From assembly GCF_006345805.1 (NCBI RefSeq), contig NC_043011.1, positions 7,502,001 through 7,566,000 on the forward strand: a stretch of DNA of 64,000 nucleotides. The letters run 5' to 3'. Positions 27,601 to 39,559 of the stretch are shown here, one piece after another. The notes below the pieces were generated by a model. It made no database searches and was not told the DNA's origin. It saw only the letters and a list, made by a program, of their open reading frames with translations. The stretch's first letter is position 1; each line of letters starts with the position of its first letter. The DNA comes from Octopus sinensis (taxonomy: Eukaryota). A program made the translations under genes and the position numbers.

Positions 27601-30600
27601 TCTTAAATATAGAACTTTATTGAAGCTGTTTGTATGTATTTCTGTGTTTGTATTTTTTTGCCTGAATGACAAAAGATTGTGTGTTTCTGATGGTAGAACT
27701 AAGTCAAGTAAATCAACCCCAACGTATTACTGGCACAATTTCTTCCCATTCCTATAAAATTTACTGTGTGCCTAAAAGATAAACTGTTATTATCCCAGGC
27801 CAGTGAAAGAGACTGTTGGTCGATTTGCTTGCTAGAAACAGCAGCTAAATTCCCTCTAATCACATTTTTATGTTATTGTCACAGATTGTAAAAATTCACT
27901 CACACACACACACATGTGCGCACTCGTAGCTGTGTGGTTAAGAAGTTTGCGTCCCAATCATATGGATTCAGGTTCAGCCCCACTGCAGAGTACCTTGAGC
28001 AATTGTCTTCTATTATAGCCCCGGGATTGTGGAAACTGAAAGAATCCCACGTGTGTTTATGTGTGTATGTGAATGATTTTGTGTCTCCATGTTTTGACAT
28101 TGTGCAATAGGTGTAAATGAGTGTTACTGTCACACAATCTTTGGTGAAAACATGTCAGGTCATGGGGTAATGTCACCTTGCTTGGAAACAGGTTAAGGGT
28201 TGGTGACAGTAAGGGCATCCAGCTCTAAAATCTCTGCCTCAAGAAATCCTGTCTGATCCTCGCAAACATGGAAAAGTGAATGTTAAAATTATTATTATTG
28301 TTGTTGTTATTGTATGGCGGTGAGCTGACAATTGTTAGCTTAATGTTAAATGCTGATGATGTGTGTATCATTATCATTGTCGTTTAACGTCCGCTTTTCC
28401 ATGCTGGCATGGGTTGGACAGTTTGAGTGAGGGCTGGCGAGCCAGGAGGCTGCACCAGTCTCCAATTTGGTCTGGCAAAGTTTCTACAGCTGGATGCCCT
28501 TCCTAACGCCAACAACTCTGAGAGTGTAGTGGGTGCTTTTATGTGTCACCGGCATGAGGGCCAGTCAGGTGGTACTGGCATCGGCCACACTCAAATGGTG
28601 CTTTTTATGTGCCACCTGCACAGGAGCCAGTCTGGCGGCACTGGCAACGACCACACTCGAACGGTGCTTTTTTTATGTGCCACCAGCACAGGAGCCAGTC
28701 AGTGGCCCTGATATAAAAGATGGGATTGTAATGGTTGGAGAACCTGTTAGTCATTGACCTGTTAGCTTAACCATGTCTAATCTGAATCTAAACAAAAACA
28801 ACAGCCATTATTCATCATCATCATCATCGTTTAACGTCTGCTTTCCATGCTAGCATGGGTTGGAAGGTTCAACTGGGGTCTGGGAAGCCCGAAGGCTGCA
28901 CCAGGCCAGTCAGATCTGGCAGTGTTTCTACAGCTGGATGCCCTTCCTAATGCCAACTACTCCGTGAGTGTAGTGGGTGCTTTTTATGTGCCACCGACAC
29001 AGGTGCCAGACGAGGCTGGCAAACGGCCACGGTCGGATGATGTTTATTACATGCCACCGGCACGGAGTCCAGGCGAGGCTGGCACGGCCACGATCGGATG
29101 GTGTTTGTTACGTGCCACCAGCACAGAGGCGAGTCGATGCGGTACTGGCTACGGCCAGGTTCGGATGGTTTTCTTATGTGCCACCAGCACTGGTACCACA
29201 AAACTACAAATTCCATTGATGTTCATCGATTTTGATTTGATTCTTTGATTCTTTGATTATTAACTGTAATATATTTCCCCTCCTCTTTCTCAGACACCAA
29301 CTGGGAAAACCACTCACTAGGCTGTGTGCCATACCACAAACTCTCGTTTTCAAACCTTGAGTTTTATGATATCAACGACCTTCCGGCCAAAAAGCGGAGA
29401 ATGTTTGACCATTATTCCGAACACCAAATTGCGTAAGTTTGTTTTAGTTTTTAATTACTTTCCTTCTTTTTTTTTTTCTCTTTTTAATTTATTTATTAAA
29501 ACATTTTGAATGACTTATGAAGGATTTTGTCTTTTATTTCTCTCCATTCTCTGAATGTCTTTTACTTGATAGAATGGTGTATATTCTATGGGTAGTGACT
29601 AGTTTTGTTTGCTAAATTGTAGTTTCTGTTTGTTTTTGTTGTACACCTGATGCGCTGTGCATGAGAGGACCCAATCAAGCCGAGTACACCTGTGCTGGTG
29701 GCTTGTAAAGAACACCTTTTGAGAGTTGGGCCTCAGGGAGGCAAGGTGGCTGAGTTCCTTTTGAGTGTTGGGCCTCAGGGAGGCAAGGTGGCTGAGTTCC
29801 TTTTGAGAGCTGGGCCTCAGGGAGGCAAAGTGGCTGAGTTCCTTTTGAGTGTTGGGCCTCAGGGAGGCAAAGTGGCTGAGTTCCTTTTGAGTGTTGGGCC
29901 TCAGGGAGGCAAAGTGGCTGAGTTCCTTTTGAGTGTTGGGCCTCAGGGAGGCAAGGTGGCTGAGTTCCTTTTGAGTGTTGGGCCTCAGGGAGGCAAGGTG
30001 GCTGAGTTCCTTTTGAGAGCTGGGCCTCAGGGAGGCAAAGTGGCTGAGTTCCTTTTGAGTGTTGGGCCTCAGGGAGGCAAAGTGGCTGAGTTCCTTTTGA
30101 GTGTTGGGCCTCAGGGAGGCAAGGTGGCTGAGTTCTTTTCAAGTGTTGGGCCTCAGGGAGGCAAGGTGGCTGAGTTCCTTTTGAGTGTTGGGCCTCAGGG
30201 AGGCAAGGTGGCTGAGTTCTTTTCAAGTGTTGGGCCTCAGGGAGGCAAGGTGGCTGAGTTCCTTTTGAGTGTTGGGCCTCAGGGAGGCAAGGTGGCTGAG
30301 TTCTTTTCAAGTGTGGGCCTCAGGGAGGCAAGGTGGCTGAGTTCCTTTTGAGTGTTGGGCCTCAGGGAGGCAAGGTGGCTGAGTTCCTTTTGAGTGTTGG
30401 GCCTCAGGGAGGCAAGGTGGCTGAGTTCCTTTTGAGTGTTGGGCCTCAGGGAGGCAAGGTGGCTGAGTTCTTTTCAAGTGTTGGGCCTCAGGGGCAAGGT
30501 GGCTGAGTTCCTTTTGAGTGTTGGGCCTCAGGGAGGCAAGGTGGCTGAGTTCTTTTCAGTGTTGGGCCTCAGGGAGGCAAGGTGGCTGAGTTCCTTTTGA

Positions 30601-33600
30601 GTGTTGGGCCTCAGGGAGGCAAGGTGGCTGAGTTCTTTTCAAGTGTTGGGCCTCAGGGAGGCAAGTGGCTGAGTTCCTTTTGAGTGTTGGGCCTCAGGGA
30701 GGCAAGGTGGCTGAGTTCTTTTCAAGTGTTGGGCCTCAGGGAGCAAGGTGGCTGAGTTCCTTTTGAGTGTTGGGCCCCGTGGAGGCAAAGTGGCTGAGTT
30801 CCTTTTGAGTGTTGGGCCTCAGGGAGGCAAGTGGCTGAGTTCCTTTTGAGTGTTGGGCCTCAGGGAGGCAAGGTGGCTGAGTTCCTTTTGAGTGTTGGGC
30901 CTCAGGGAGGCAAGTGGCTGAGTTCCTTTTGAGTGTTGGGCCCCGTGGAGGCAAAGTGGCTGAGTTCCTTTTGAGTGTTGGCCTCAGGGAGGCAAGGTGG
31001 CTGAGTTCTTTTCAAGTGTTGGGCCTCAGGGAGGCAAGGTGGCTGAGTTCCTTTTGAGTGTTGGGCCTCAGGGAGGCAAAGTGGCTGAGTTCCTTTTGAG
31101 TGTTGGGCCTCAGGGAGGCAAGGTGGCTGAGTTCTTTTCAAGTGTTGGGCCTCAGGGAGGCAAGGTGGCTGAGTTCCTTTTGAGTGTTGGGCCTCAGGGA
31201 GGCAAGGTGGCTGAGTTCTTTTCAAGTGTTGGGCCTCAGGGAGGCAAGGTGGCTGAGTTCCTTTTGAGTGTTGGGCCCCGTGGAGGCAAAGTGGCTGAGT
31301 TCCTTTTGAGTGTTGGGCCTCAGGGAGGCAAAGTGGCTGAGTTCCTTTTGAGTGTTGGGCCTCAGGGAGGCAAGGTGGCTGAGTTCCTTTTGAGTGTTGG
31401 GCCTCAGGGAGGCAAGGTGGCTGAGTTCCTTTTGAGTGTTGGGCCCCGTGGAGGCAAAGTGGCTGAGTTCCTTTTGAGTGTTGGGCCACAGGGAGGCAAA
31501 GTGGCTGAGTTCCTTTTGAGTGTTGGGCCTCAGGGAGGCAAGGTGGCTGAGTTCCTTTTGAGTGTTGGGCCTCAGGGAGGCAAGGTGGCTGAGTTCCTTT
31601 TGAGTGTTGGGCCTCAGGGAGGCAAGGTGGCTGAGTTCCTTTTGAGTGTTGGGCCCCGTGGAGGCAAAGTGGCTGAGTTCCTTTTGAGTGTTGGGCCTCA
31701 GGGAGGCAAAGTGGCTGAGTTCCTTTTGAGTGTTGGGCCTCAGGGAGGCAAGGTGGCTGAGTTCCTTTTGAGTGTTGGGCCTCAGGGAGGCAAGGTGGCT
31801 GAGTTCCTTTTGAGTGTTGGGCCCCGTGGAGGCAAAGTGGCTGAGTTCCTTTTGAGTGTTGGGCCTCAGGGAGGCAAAGTGGCTGAGTTCCTTTTGAGTG
31901 TTGGGCCTCAGGGAGGCAAGGTGGCTGAGTTCCTTTTGAGTGTTGGGCCTCAGGGAGGCAAGGTGGCTGAGTTCCTTTTGAGTGTTGGGCCTCAGGGAGG
32001 CAAAGTGGCTGAGTTCTTTTCAAGTGTTGGGCCTCAGGGAGGCAAGGTGGCTGAGTTCCTTTTGAGTGTTGGGCCTCAGGGAGGCAAAGTGGCTGAGTTC
32101 CTTTTGAGTGTTGGGCCTCAGGGGCAAGGTGGCTGAGTTCTTTTCAAGTGTTGGGCCTCAGGGAGGCAAGGTGGCTGAGTTCCTTTTGAGTGTTGGGCCT
32201 CAGGGAGGCAAGGTGGCTGAGTTCTTTTCAAGTGTTGGGCCTCAGGGAGGCAAGGTGGCTGAGTTCCTTTTGAGTGTTGGGCCTCAGGGAGGCAAGGTGG
32301 CTGAGTTCCTTTTGAGTGTTGGGCCTCATGGAGGCAAGGTGGCTGAGTTCCTTTTGAGTGTTGGGCCTCAGGGAGGCAAGGTGGATGAGTTCCTTTTGAG
32401 TGTTGGGCCTCAGGGAGGCAAGGTGGCTGAGTTCCTTTTGAGTGTTGGGCCTCAGGGAGGCAAGGTGGCTGAGTTCCTTTTGAGTGTTGGGCCTCAGGAG
32501 GCAAGGTGGCTGAGTTCCTTTTGAGTGTTGGGCCTCAGGGAGGCAAGGTGGCTGAGTTCCTTTTGAGTGTTGGGCCTCAGGGAGGCAAAGTGGCTGAGTT
32601 CCTTTTGAGAGCTGGGCCTCAGGGAGGCAAGGTGGCTGAGTTCCTTTTGAGTGTTGGGCCTCAGGGAGGCAAGGTGGCTGAGTTCTTTTCAAGTGTTGGG
32701 CCTCAGGGAGGCAAGGTGGCTGAGTTCCTTTTGAGTGTTGGGCCTCAGGGAGGCAAGGTGGCTGAGTTCTTTTCAAGTGTTGGGCCTCAGGGAGGCAAGG
32801 TGGCTGAGTTCCTTTTGAGTGTTGGGCCTCAGGGAGGCAAGGTGGCTGAGTTCTTTTCAGTGTTGGGCCTCAGGGAGGCAAGGTGGCTGAGTTCCTTTTG
32901 AGTGTTGGGCCTCAGGGAGGCAAGGTGGCTGAGTTCTTTTCAGTGTTGGGCCTCAGGGAGGCAAGGTGGCTGAGTTCCTTTTGAGTGTTGGGCCTCAGGG
33001 AGGCAAGGTGGCTGAGTTCTTTTCAAGTGTTGGGCCTCAGGGAGGCAAGGTGGCTGAGTTCCTTTTGAGTGTTGGGCCTCAGGGAGGCAAGGTGGCTGAG
33101 TTCTTTTCAAGTGTTGGGCCTCAGGGAGGCAAGGTGGCTGAGTTCCTTTTGAGTGTTGGGCCTCAGGGAGGCAAGGTGGCTGAGTTCTTTTCAAGTGTTG
33201 GGCCTCAGGGAGGCAAGGTGGCTGAGTTCCTTTTGAGTGTTGGGCCTCAGGGAGGCAAAGTGGCTGAGTTCCTTTTGAGTGTTGGGCCTCAGGGAGGCAA
33301 AGTGGCTGAGTTCCTTTTGAGTGTTGGGCCTCAGGGAGGCAAGGTGGCTGAGTTCCTTTTGAGTGTTGGGCCTCAGGGAGGCAAGGTGGCTGAGTTCTTT
33401 TCAAGTGTTGGGCCTCAGGGAGGCAAGGTGGCTGAGTTCTTTTCAAGTGTTGGGCCTCAGGGAGGCAAGGTGGCTGACTTCCTTTTGAGTGTTGGGCCTC
33501 AGGGAGGCAAGGTGGCTGAGTTCTTTTCAAGTGTTGGGCCTCAGGGAGGCAAGGTGGCTGAGTTCCTTTTGAGTGTTGGGCCTCAGGGAGGCAAAGTGGC

Positions 33601-36600
33601 TGAGTTCCTTTTGAGTGTTGGGCCTCAGGGAGGCAAGGTGGCTGAGTTCCTTTTGAGTGTTGGGCCTCAGGGAGGCAAGGTGGCTGAGTTCCTTTTGAGT
33701 GTTGGGCCTCAGGGAGGCAAGGTGGCTGAGTTCCTTTTGAGTGTTGGGCCTCAGGGAGGCAAGGTGGCTGAGTTCTTTTCAAGTGTTGGGCCTCAGGGAG
33801 GCAAGGTGGCTGAGTTCCTTTTGAGTGTTGGGCCTCAGGGAGGCAAAGTGGCTGAGTTCCTTTTGAGTGTTGGCCTCAGGGAGGCAAGGTGGCTGAGTTC
33901 CTTTTGAGTGTTGGGCCTCAGGGAGGCAAGGTGGCTGAGTTCCTTTTGAGTGTTGGGCCTCAGGGAGGCAAGGTGGCTGAGTTCTTTTCAGTGTTGGGCC
34001 TCAGGGAGGCAAGGTGGCTGAGTTCCTTTTGAGTGTTGGGCCTCAGGGAGGCAAGGTGGCTGAGTTCCTTTTGAGTGTTGGGCCTCAGGGAGGCAAGGTG
34101 GCTGAGTTCCTTTTGAGTGTTGGGCCCCGTGGAGGCAAAGTGGCTGAGTTCCTTTTGAGTGTTGGGCCTCAGGGAGGCAAGGTGGCTGAGTTCCTTTTGA
34201 GTGTTGGGCTCAGGGAGGCAAGGTGGCTGAGTTCCTTTTGAGTGTTGGGCCTCAGGGAGGCAAGGTGGCTGAGTTCTTTTCAAGTGTTGGGCCTCAGGGA
34301 GGGAAGGTGGCTGAGTTCCTTTTGAGTGTTGGGCCTCAGGGAGGCAAGGTGGCTGAGTTCCTCTTGAGTGTTGGGCCTCAGGGAGGCAAGGTGGCTGAGT
34401 TCCTTTTGAGTTTTGGGCCCCGTGGAGGCAAAGTGGCTGAGTTCCTTTTGAGTGTTGGGCCTCAGGGAGGCAAGGTGGCTGAGTTCTTTTCAAGTGTTGC
34501 GCCTCAGGGAGGCAAGGTGGCTGAGTTCCTTTTGAGTGTTGGGCCTCAGGGAGGCAAAGTGGCTGAGTTCCTTTTGAGTGTTGGGCCTCAGGGAGGCAAG
34601 GTGGCTGAGTTCTTTTCAGTGTTGGGCCTCAGGGAGGCAAGGTGGCTGAGTTCCTTTTGAGTGTTGGGCCTCAGGGAGGCAAGGTGGCTGAGTTCTTTTC
34701 AAGTGTTGGGCCTCAGGGAGGCAAGGTGGCTGAGTTCCTTTTGAGTGTTGGCCCCGTGGAGGCAAGTGGCTGAGTTCCTTTTGAGTGTTGGGCCTCAGGG
34801 AGGCAAAGTGGCTGAGTTCCTTTTGAGTGTTGGGCCTCAGGGAGGCAAGGTGGCTGAGTTCCTTTTGAGTGTTGGCCTCAGGGAGGCAAGGTGGCTGAGT
34901 TCCTTTTGAGTGTTGGGCCCCGTGGAGGCAAAGTGGCTGAGTTCCTTTTGAGTGTTGGGCCACAGGGAGGCAAAGTGGCTGAGTTCCTTTTGAGTGTTGG
35001 GCCTCAGGGAGGCAAGGTGGCTGAGTTCCTTTTGAGTGTTGGGCCTCAGGGAGGCAAGGTGGCTGAGTTCCTTTTGAGTGTTGGGCCTCAGGGAGGCAAG
35101 GTGGCTGAGTTCCTTTTGAGTGTTGGGCCCCGTGGAGGCAAAGTGGCTGAGTTCCTTTTGAGTGTTGGGCCTCAGGGAGGCAAAGTGGCTGAGTTCCTTT
35201 TGAGTGTTGGGCCTCAGGGAGGCAAGGTGGCTGAGTTCCTTTTGAGTGTTGGGCCTCAGGGAGGCAAGGTGGCTGAGTTCCTTTTGAGTGTTGGGCCTCA
35301 GGGAGGCAAGGTGGCTGAGTTCCTTTTGAGTGTTGGCCCCGTGGAGGCAAAGTGGCTGAGTTCCTTTTGAGTGTTGGGCCTCAGGGAGGCAAAGTGGCTG
35401 AGTTCCTTTTGAGTGTTGGGCCTCAGGGAGGCAAGGTGGCTGAGTTCCTTTTGAGTGTTGGGCCTCAGGGAGGCAAGGTGGCTGAGTTCCTTTGAGTGTT
35501 GGGCCTCAGGGAGGCAAAGTGGCTGAGTTCTTTTCAAGTGTTGGGCCTCAGGGAGGCAAGGTGGCTGAGTTCCTTTTGAGTGTTGGGCCTCAGGGAGGCA
35601 AAGTGGCTGAGTTCCTTTTGAGTGTTGGGCCTCAGGGAGGCAAGGTGGCTGAGTTCTTTTCAAGTGTTGGGCCTCAGGGAGGCAAGGTGGCTGAGTTCCT
35701 TTTGAGTGTTGGGCCTCAGGGAGGCAAGGTGGCTGAGTTCTTTTCAAGTGTTGGGCCTCAGGGAGGCAAGGTGGCTGAGTTCCTTTTGAGTGTTGGGCCT
35801 CAGGGAGGCAAGGTGGCTGAGTTCCTTTTGAGTGTTGGGCCTCAGGGAGGCAAGGTGGCTGAGTTCCTTTTGAGTGTTGGGCCTCAGGGAGGCAAGGTGG
35901 ATGAGTTCCTTTTGAGTGTTGGGCCTCAGGGAGGCAAGGTGGCTGAGTTCCTTTTGAGTGTTGGGCCTCAGGGAGGCAAGGTGGCTGAGTTCCTTTTGAG
36001 TGTTGGGCCTCAGGGAGGCAAGGTGGCTGAGTTCCTTTTGAGTGTTGGGCCTCAGGGAGGCAAGGTGGCTGAGTTCCTTTTGAGTGTTGGGCCTCAGGGA
36101 GGCAAAGTGGCTGAGTTCCTTTTGAGAGCTGGGCCTCAGGGAGGCAAGGTGGCTGAGTTCCTTTTGAGTGTTGGGCCTCAGGGAGGCAAGGTGGCTGAGT
36201 TCTTTTCAAGTGTTGGGCCTCAGGGAGGCAAGGTGGCTGAGTTCCTTTTGAGTGTTGGGCCTCAGGGAGGCAAGGTGGCTGAGTTCTTTTCAAGTGTTGG
36301 GCCTCAGGGAGGCAAGGTGGCTGAGTTCCTTTTGAGTGTTGGGCCTCAGGGAGGCAAGGTGGCTGAGTTCTTTTCAAGTGTTGGGCCTCAGGGAGGCAAG
36401 GTGGCTGAGTTCCTTTTGAGTGTTGGGCCTCAGGGAGGCAAGGGGCTGAGTTCTTTTCAAGTGTTGGGCCTCAGGGAGGCAAGGTGGCTGAGTTCCTTTT
36501 GAGTGTTGGGCCTCAGGGAGGCAAGGTGGCTGAGTTCTTTTCAAGTGTTGGCCTCAGGAGGCAAGGTGGCTGAGTTCCTTTTGAGTGTTGGGCCTCAGGG

Positions 36601-39516
36601 AGGCAAGGTGGCTGAGTTCTTTTCAAGTGTTGGGCCTCAGGGAGGCAAGGTGGCTGAGTTCCTTTTGAGTGTTGGGCCTCAGGGAGGCAAGGTGGCTGAG
36701 TTCTTTTCAAGTGTTGGGCCTCAGGGAGGCAAGGTGGCTGAGTTCCTTTTGAGTGTTGGGCCTCAGGGAGGCAAAGTGGCTGAGTTCCTTTTGAGTGTTG
36801 GCCTCAGGGAGGCAAAGTGGCTGAGTTCCTTTTGAGTGTTGGGCCTCAGGAGGCAAGGTGGCTGAGTTCCTTTTGAGTGTTGGGCCTCAGGGAGGCAAGG
36901 TGGCTGAGTTCTTTTCAAGTGTTGGGCCTCAGGGAGGCAAGGTGGCTGAGTTCTTTTCAAGTGTTGGGCCTCAGGGAGGCAAGGTGGCTGAGTTCCTTTT
37001 GAGTGTTGGGCCTCAGGGAGGCAAGGTGGCTGAGTTCTTTTCAAGTGTTGGGCCTCAGGGAGGCAAGGTGGCTGAGTTCCTTTTGAGTGTTGGGCCTCAG
37101 GGAGGCAAAGTGGCTGAGTTCCTTTTGAGTGTTGGGCCTCAGGGAGGCAAGGTGGCTGAGTTCCTTTTGAGTGTTGGGCCTCAGGGAGGCAAGGTGGCTG
37201 AGTTCCTTTGAGTGTTGGCCTCAGGGAGGCAAGGTGGCTGAGTTCCTTTTGAGTGTTGGGCCTCAGGGAGGCAAGGTGGCTGAGTTCTTTTCAAGTGTTG
37301 GGCCTCAGGGAGGCAAAGTGGCTGAGTTCCTTTTGTGTTGGGCCTCAGGAAGGCAAGGTGGCTGAGTTCCTTTTGAGTGTTGGGCCTCAGGGAGGCAAGG
37401 TGGCTGAGTTCCTTTTGAGTGTTGGGCCTCAGGGAGGCAAGGTGGCTGAGTTCCTTTTGAGTGTTGGGCCTCAGGGAGGCAAGGTGGCTGAGTTCTTTTC
37501 AAGTGTTGGGCCTCAGGGAGGCAAGGTGGCTGAGTTCCTTTTGAGTGTTGGCCTCAGGGAGGCAAGGTGGCTGAGTTCCTTTTGAGTGTTGGGCCTCAGG
37601 GAGGCAAGGTGGCTGAGTTCCTTTTGAGTGTTGGGCCCCGTGGAGGCAAAGTGGCTGAGTTCCTTTTGAGTGTTGGGCCTCAGGGAGGCAAGGTGGCTGA
37701 GTTCCTTTTGAGTGTTGGCCTCAGGGAGGCAAGGTGGCTGAGTTCCTTTTGAGTGTTGGGCCTCAGGGAGGCAAGGTGGCTGAGTTCTTTTCAAGTGTTG
37801 GCCTCAGGGAGGCAAGGTGGCTGAGTTCCTTTGAGTGTTGGGCCTCAGGGAGGCAAGGTGGCTGAGTTCCTTTTGAGTGTTGGGCCTCAGGGAGGCAAGG
37901 TGGCTGAGTTCCTTTTGAGTGTTGGGCCTCAGGGAGGCAAAGTGGCTGAGTTCCTTTTGAGTGTTGGGCCTCAGGGAGGCAAGGTGGCTGAGTTCCTTTT
38001 GAGTGTTGGGCCTCAGGGAGGCAAGGTGGCTGAGTTCTTTTCAAGTGTTGGGCCTCAGGGAGGCAAGGTGGCTGAGTTCCTTTTGAGTGTTGGGCCTCAG
38101 GGAGGCAAGGTGGCTGAGTTCCTTTTGAGTGTTGGGCCCCGTGGAGGCAAAGTGGCTGAGTTCCTTTTGAGTGTTGGGCCTCAGGGAGGCAAGGTGGCTG
38201 AGTTCCTTTTGAGTGTTGGGCCTCAGGGAGGCAAGGTGGCTGAGTTCTTTTCAAGTGTTGGGCCTCAGGGAGGCAAGGTGGCTGAGTTCCTTTTGAGTGT
38301 TGGGCCTCAGGGAGGCAAGGTGGCTGAGTTTTTCAAGTGTTGGGCCTCAGGGAGGCAAGGTGGCTGAGTTCCTTTTGAGTGTTGGGCCTCAGGGAGGCAA
38401 GGTGGCTGAGTTCCTTTGAGTGTTGGGCCTCAGGGAGGCAAGGTGGCTGAGTTCCTTTTGAGTGTTGGGCCTCAGGGAGGCAAAGTGGCTGAGTTCCTTT
38501 TGAGTGTTGGGCCTCAGGGAGGCAAGGTGGCTGAGTTCCTTTTGAGAGCTGGGCCTCAGGGAGGCAAGGTGGCTGAGTTCCTTTTGAGTGTTGGGCCTCA
38601 GGGAGGCAAGGTGGCTGAGTTCCTTTTGAGTGTTGGGCCTCAGGGAGGCAAGGTGGCTGAGTTCCTTTTGAGAGCTGGGCCTCAGGGAGGCAAGGTGGCT
38701 GAGTTCCTTTTGAGTGTTTGGCCTCAGGGAGCAAGGTGGCTGAGTTCCTTTTGAGTGTTGGGCCTCAGGGAGGCAAGGTGGCTGAGTTCCTTTTGAGTGT
38801 TGGGCCTCAGGGAGCAAGGTGGCTGAGTTCTTTTCAAGTGTTGGGCCTCAGGGAGGCAAGGTGGCTGAGTTCCTTTTGAGTGTTGGGCCTCAGGGAGGCA
38901 AAGTGGCTGAGTTCCTTTTGAGTGTTGGGCCTCAGGGAGGCAAGGTGGCTGAGTTCCTTTTGAGTGTTGGGCCTCAGGGAGGCAAGGTGGCTGAGTTCCT
39001 TTTGAGTGTTGGGCCTCAGGGAGGCAAGGTGGCTGAGTTCTTTTCAAGTGTTGGGCCTCAGGGAGGCAAGGTGGCTGAGTTCCTTTTGAGTGTTGGGCCT
39101 CAGGGAGGCAAGGTGGCTGAGTTCTTTTCAAGTGTTGGGTCTCACAAAAGCAGTGGCTGAGACCTTTGCCGTTGTCATGCTTGAGAAGACCCGTGAAGCT
39201 GAGCAAAATCGTATTCGTGGCAGATACCAGTGTCATACAAATTTTCACCTGAGCTGGTGACATGTAAAAGCATCCCGGTGTCACACAAATAGCACCCAAA
39301 CCAGTGGCAAATAAAAGCACCCATTACACTCTTGGAGTGGTTGGCATTAGGAAGGGCATCCATCCGTAGAAAACCATGTCAAATCAGACTGGAGTTGGGT
39401 GCAGCCAGACTGTCCAGCCCTTGCCAGCACGGACAATGGATGTTAAACAATGATGATGATGATCTAATTTTTCTAAACTTGCAAGGGTCACATCACTGGT
39501 TCTCAATCAGGGTCAT

Positions 39517-39559
<43 letters not shown>

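Noticed and set aside
29717-39140. CRISPR array
   Set aside because: Monomers are contiguous with no unique spacers, no cas genes are present, and the context is a eukaryotic intron.
29675-39320. Repeat ORFs ([14 protein letters not shown] / [14 protein letters not shown]) as annotated collagen-, SPRR- or mucin-like genes
   Set aside because: No ATG, signal peptide or unique domain; synonymous sites are not preferentially variable; the monomer derives from a retroelement end. Kept only as a speculative finding.
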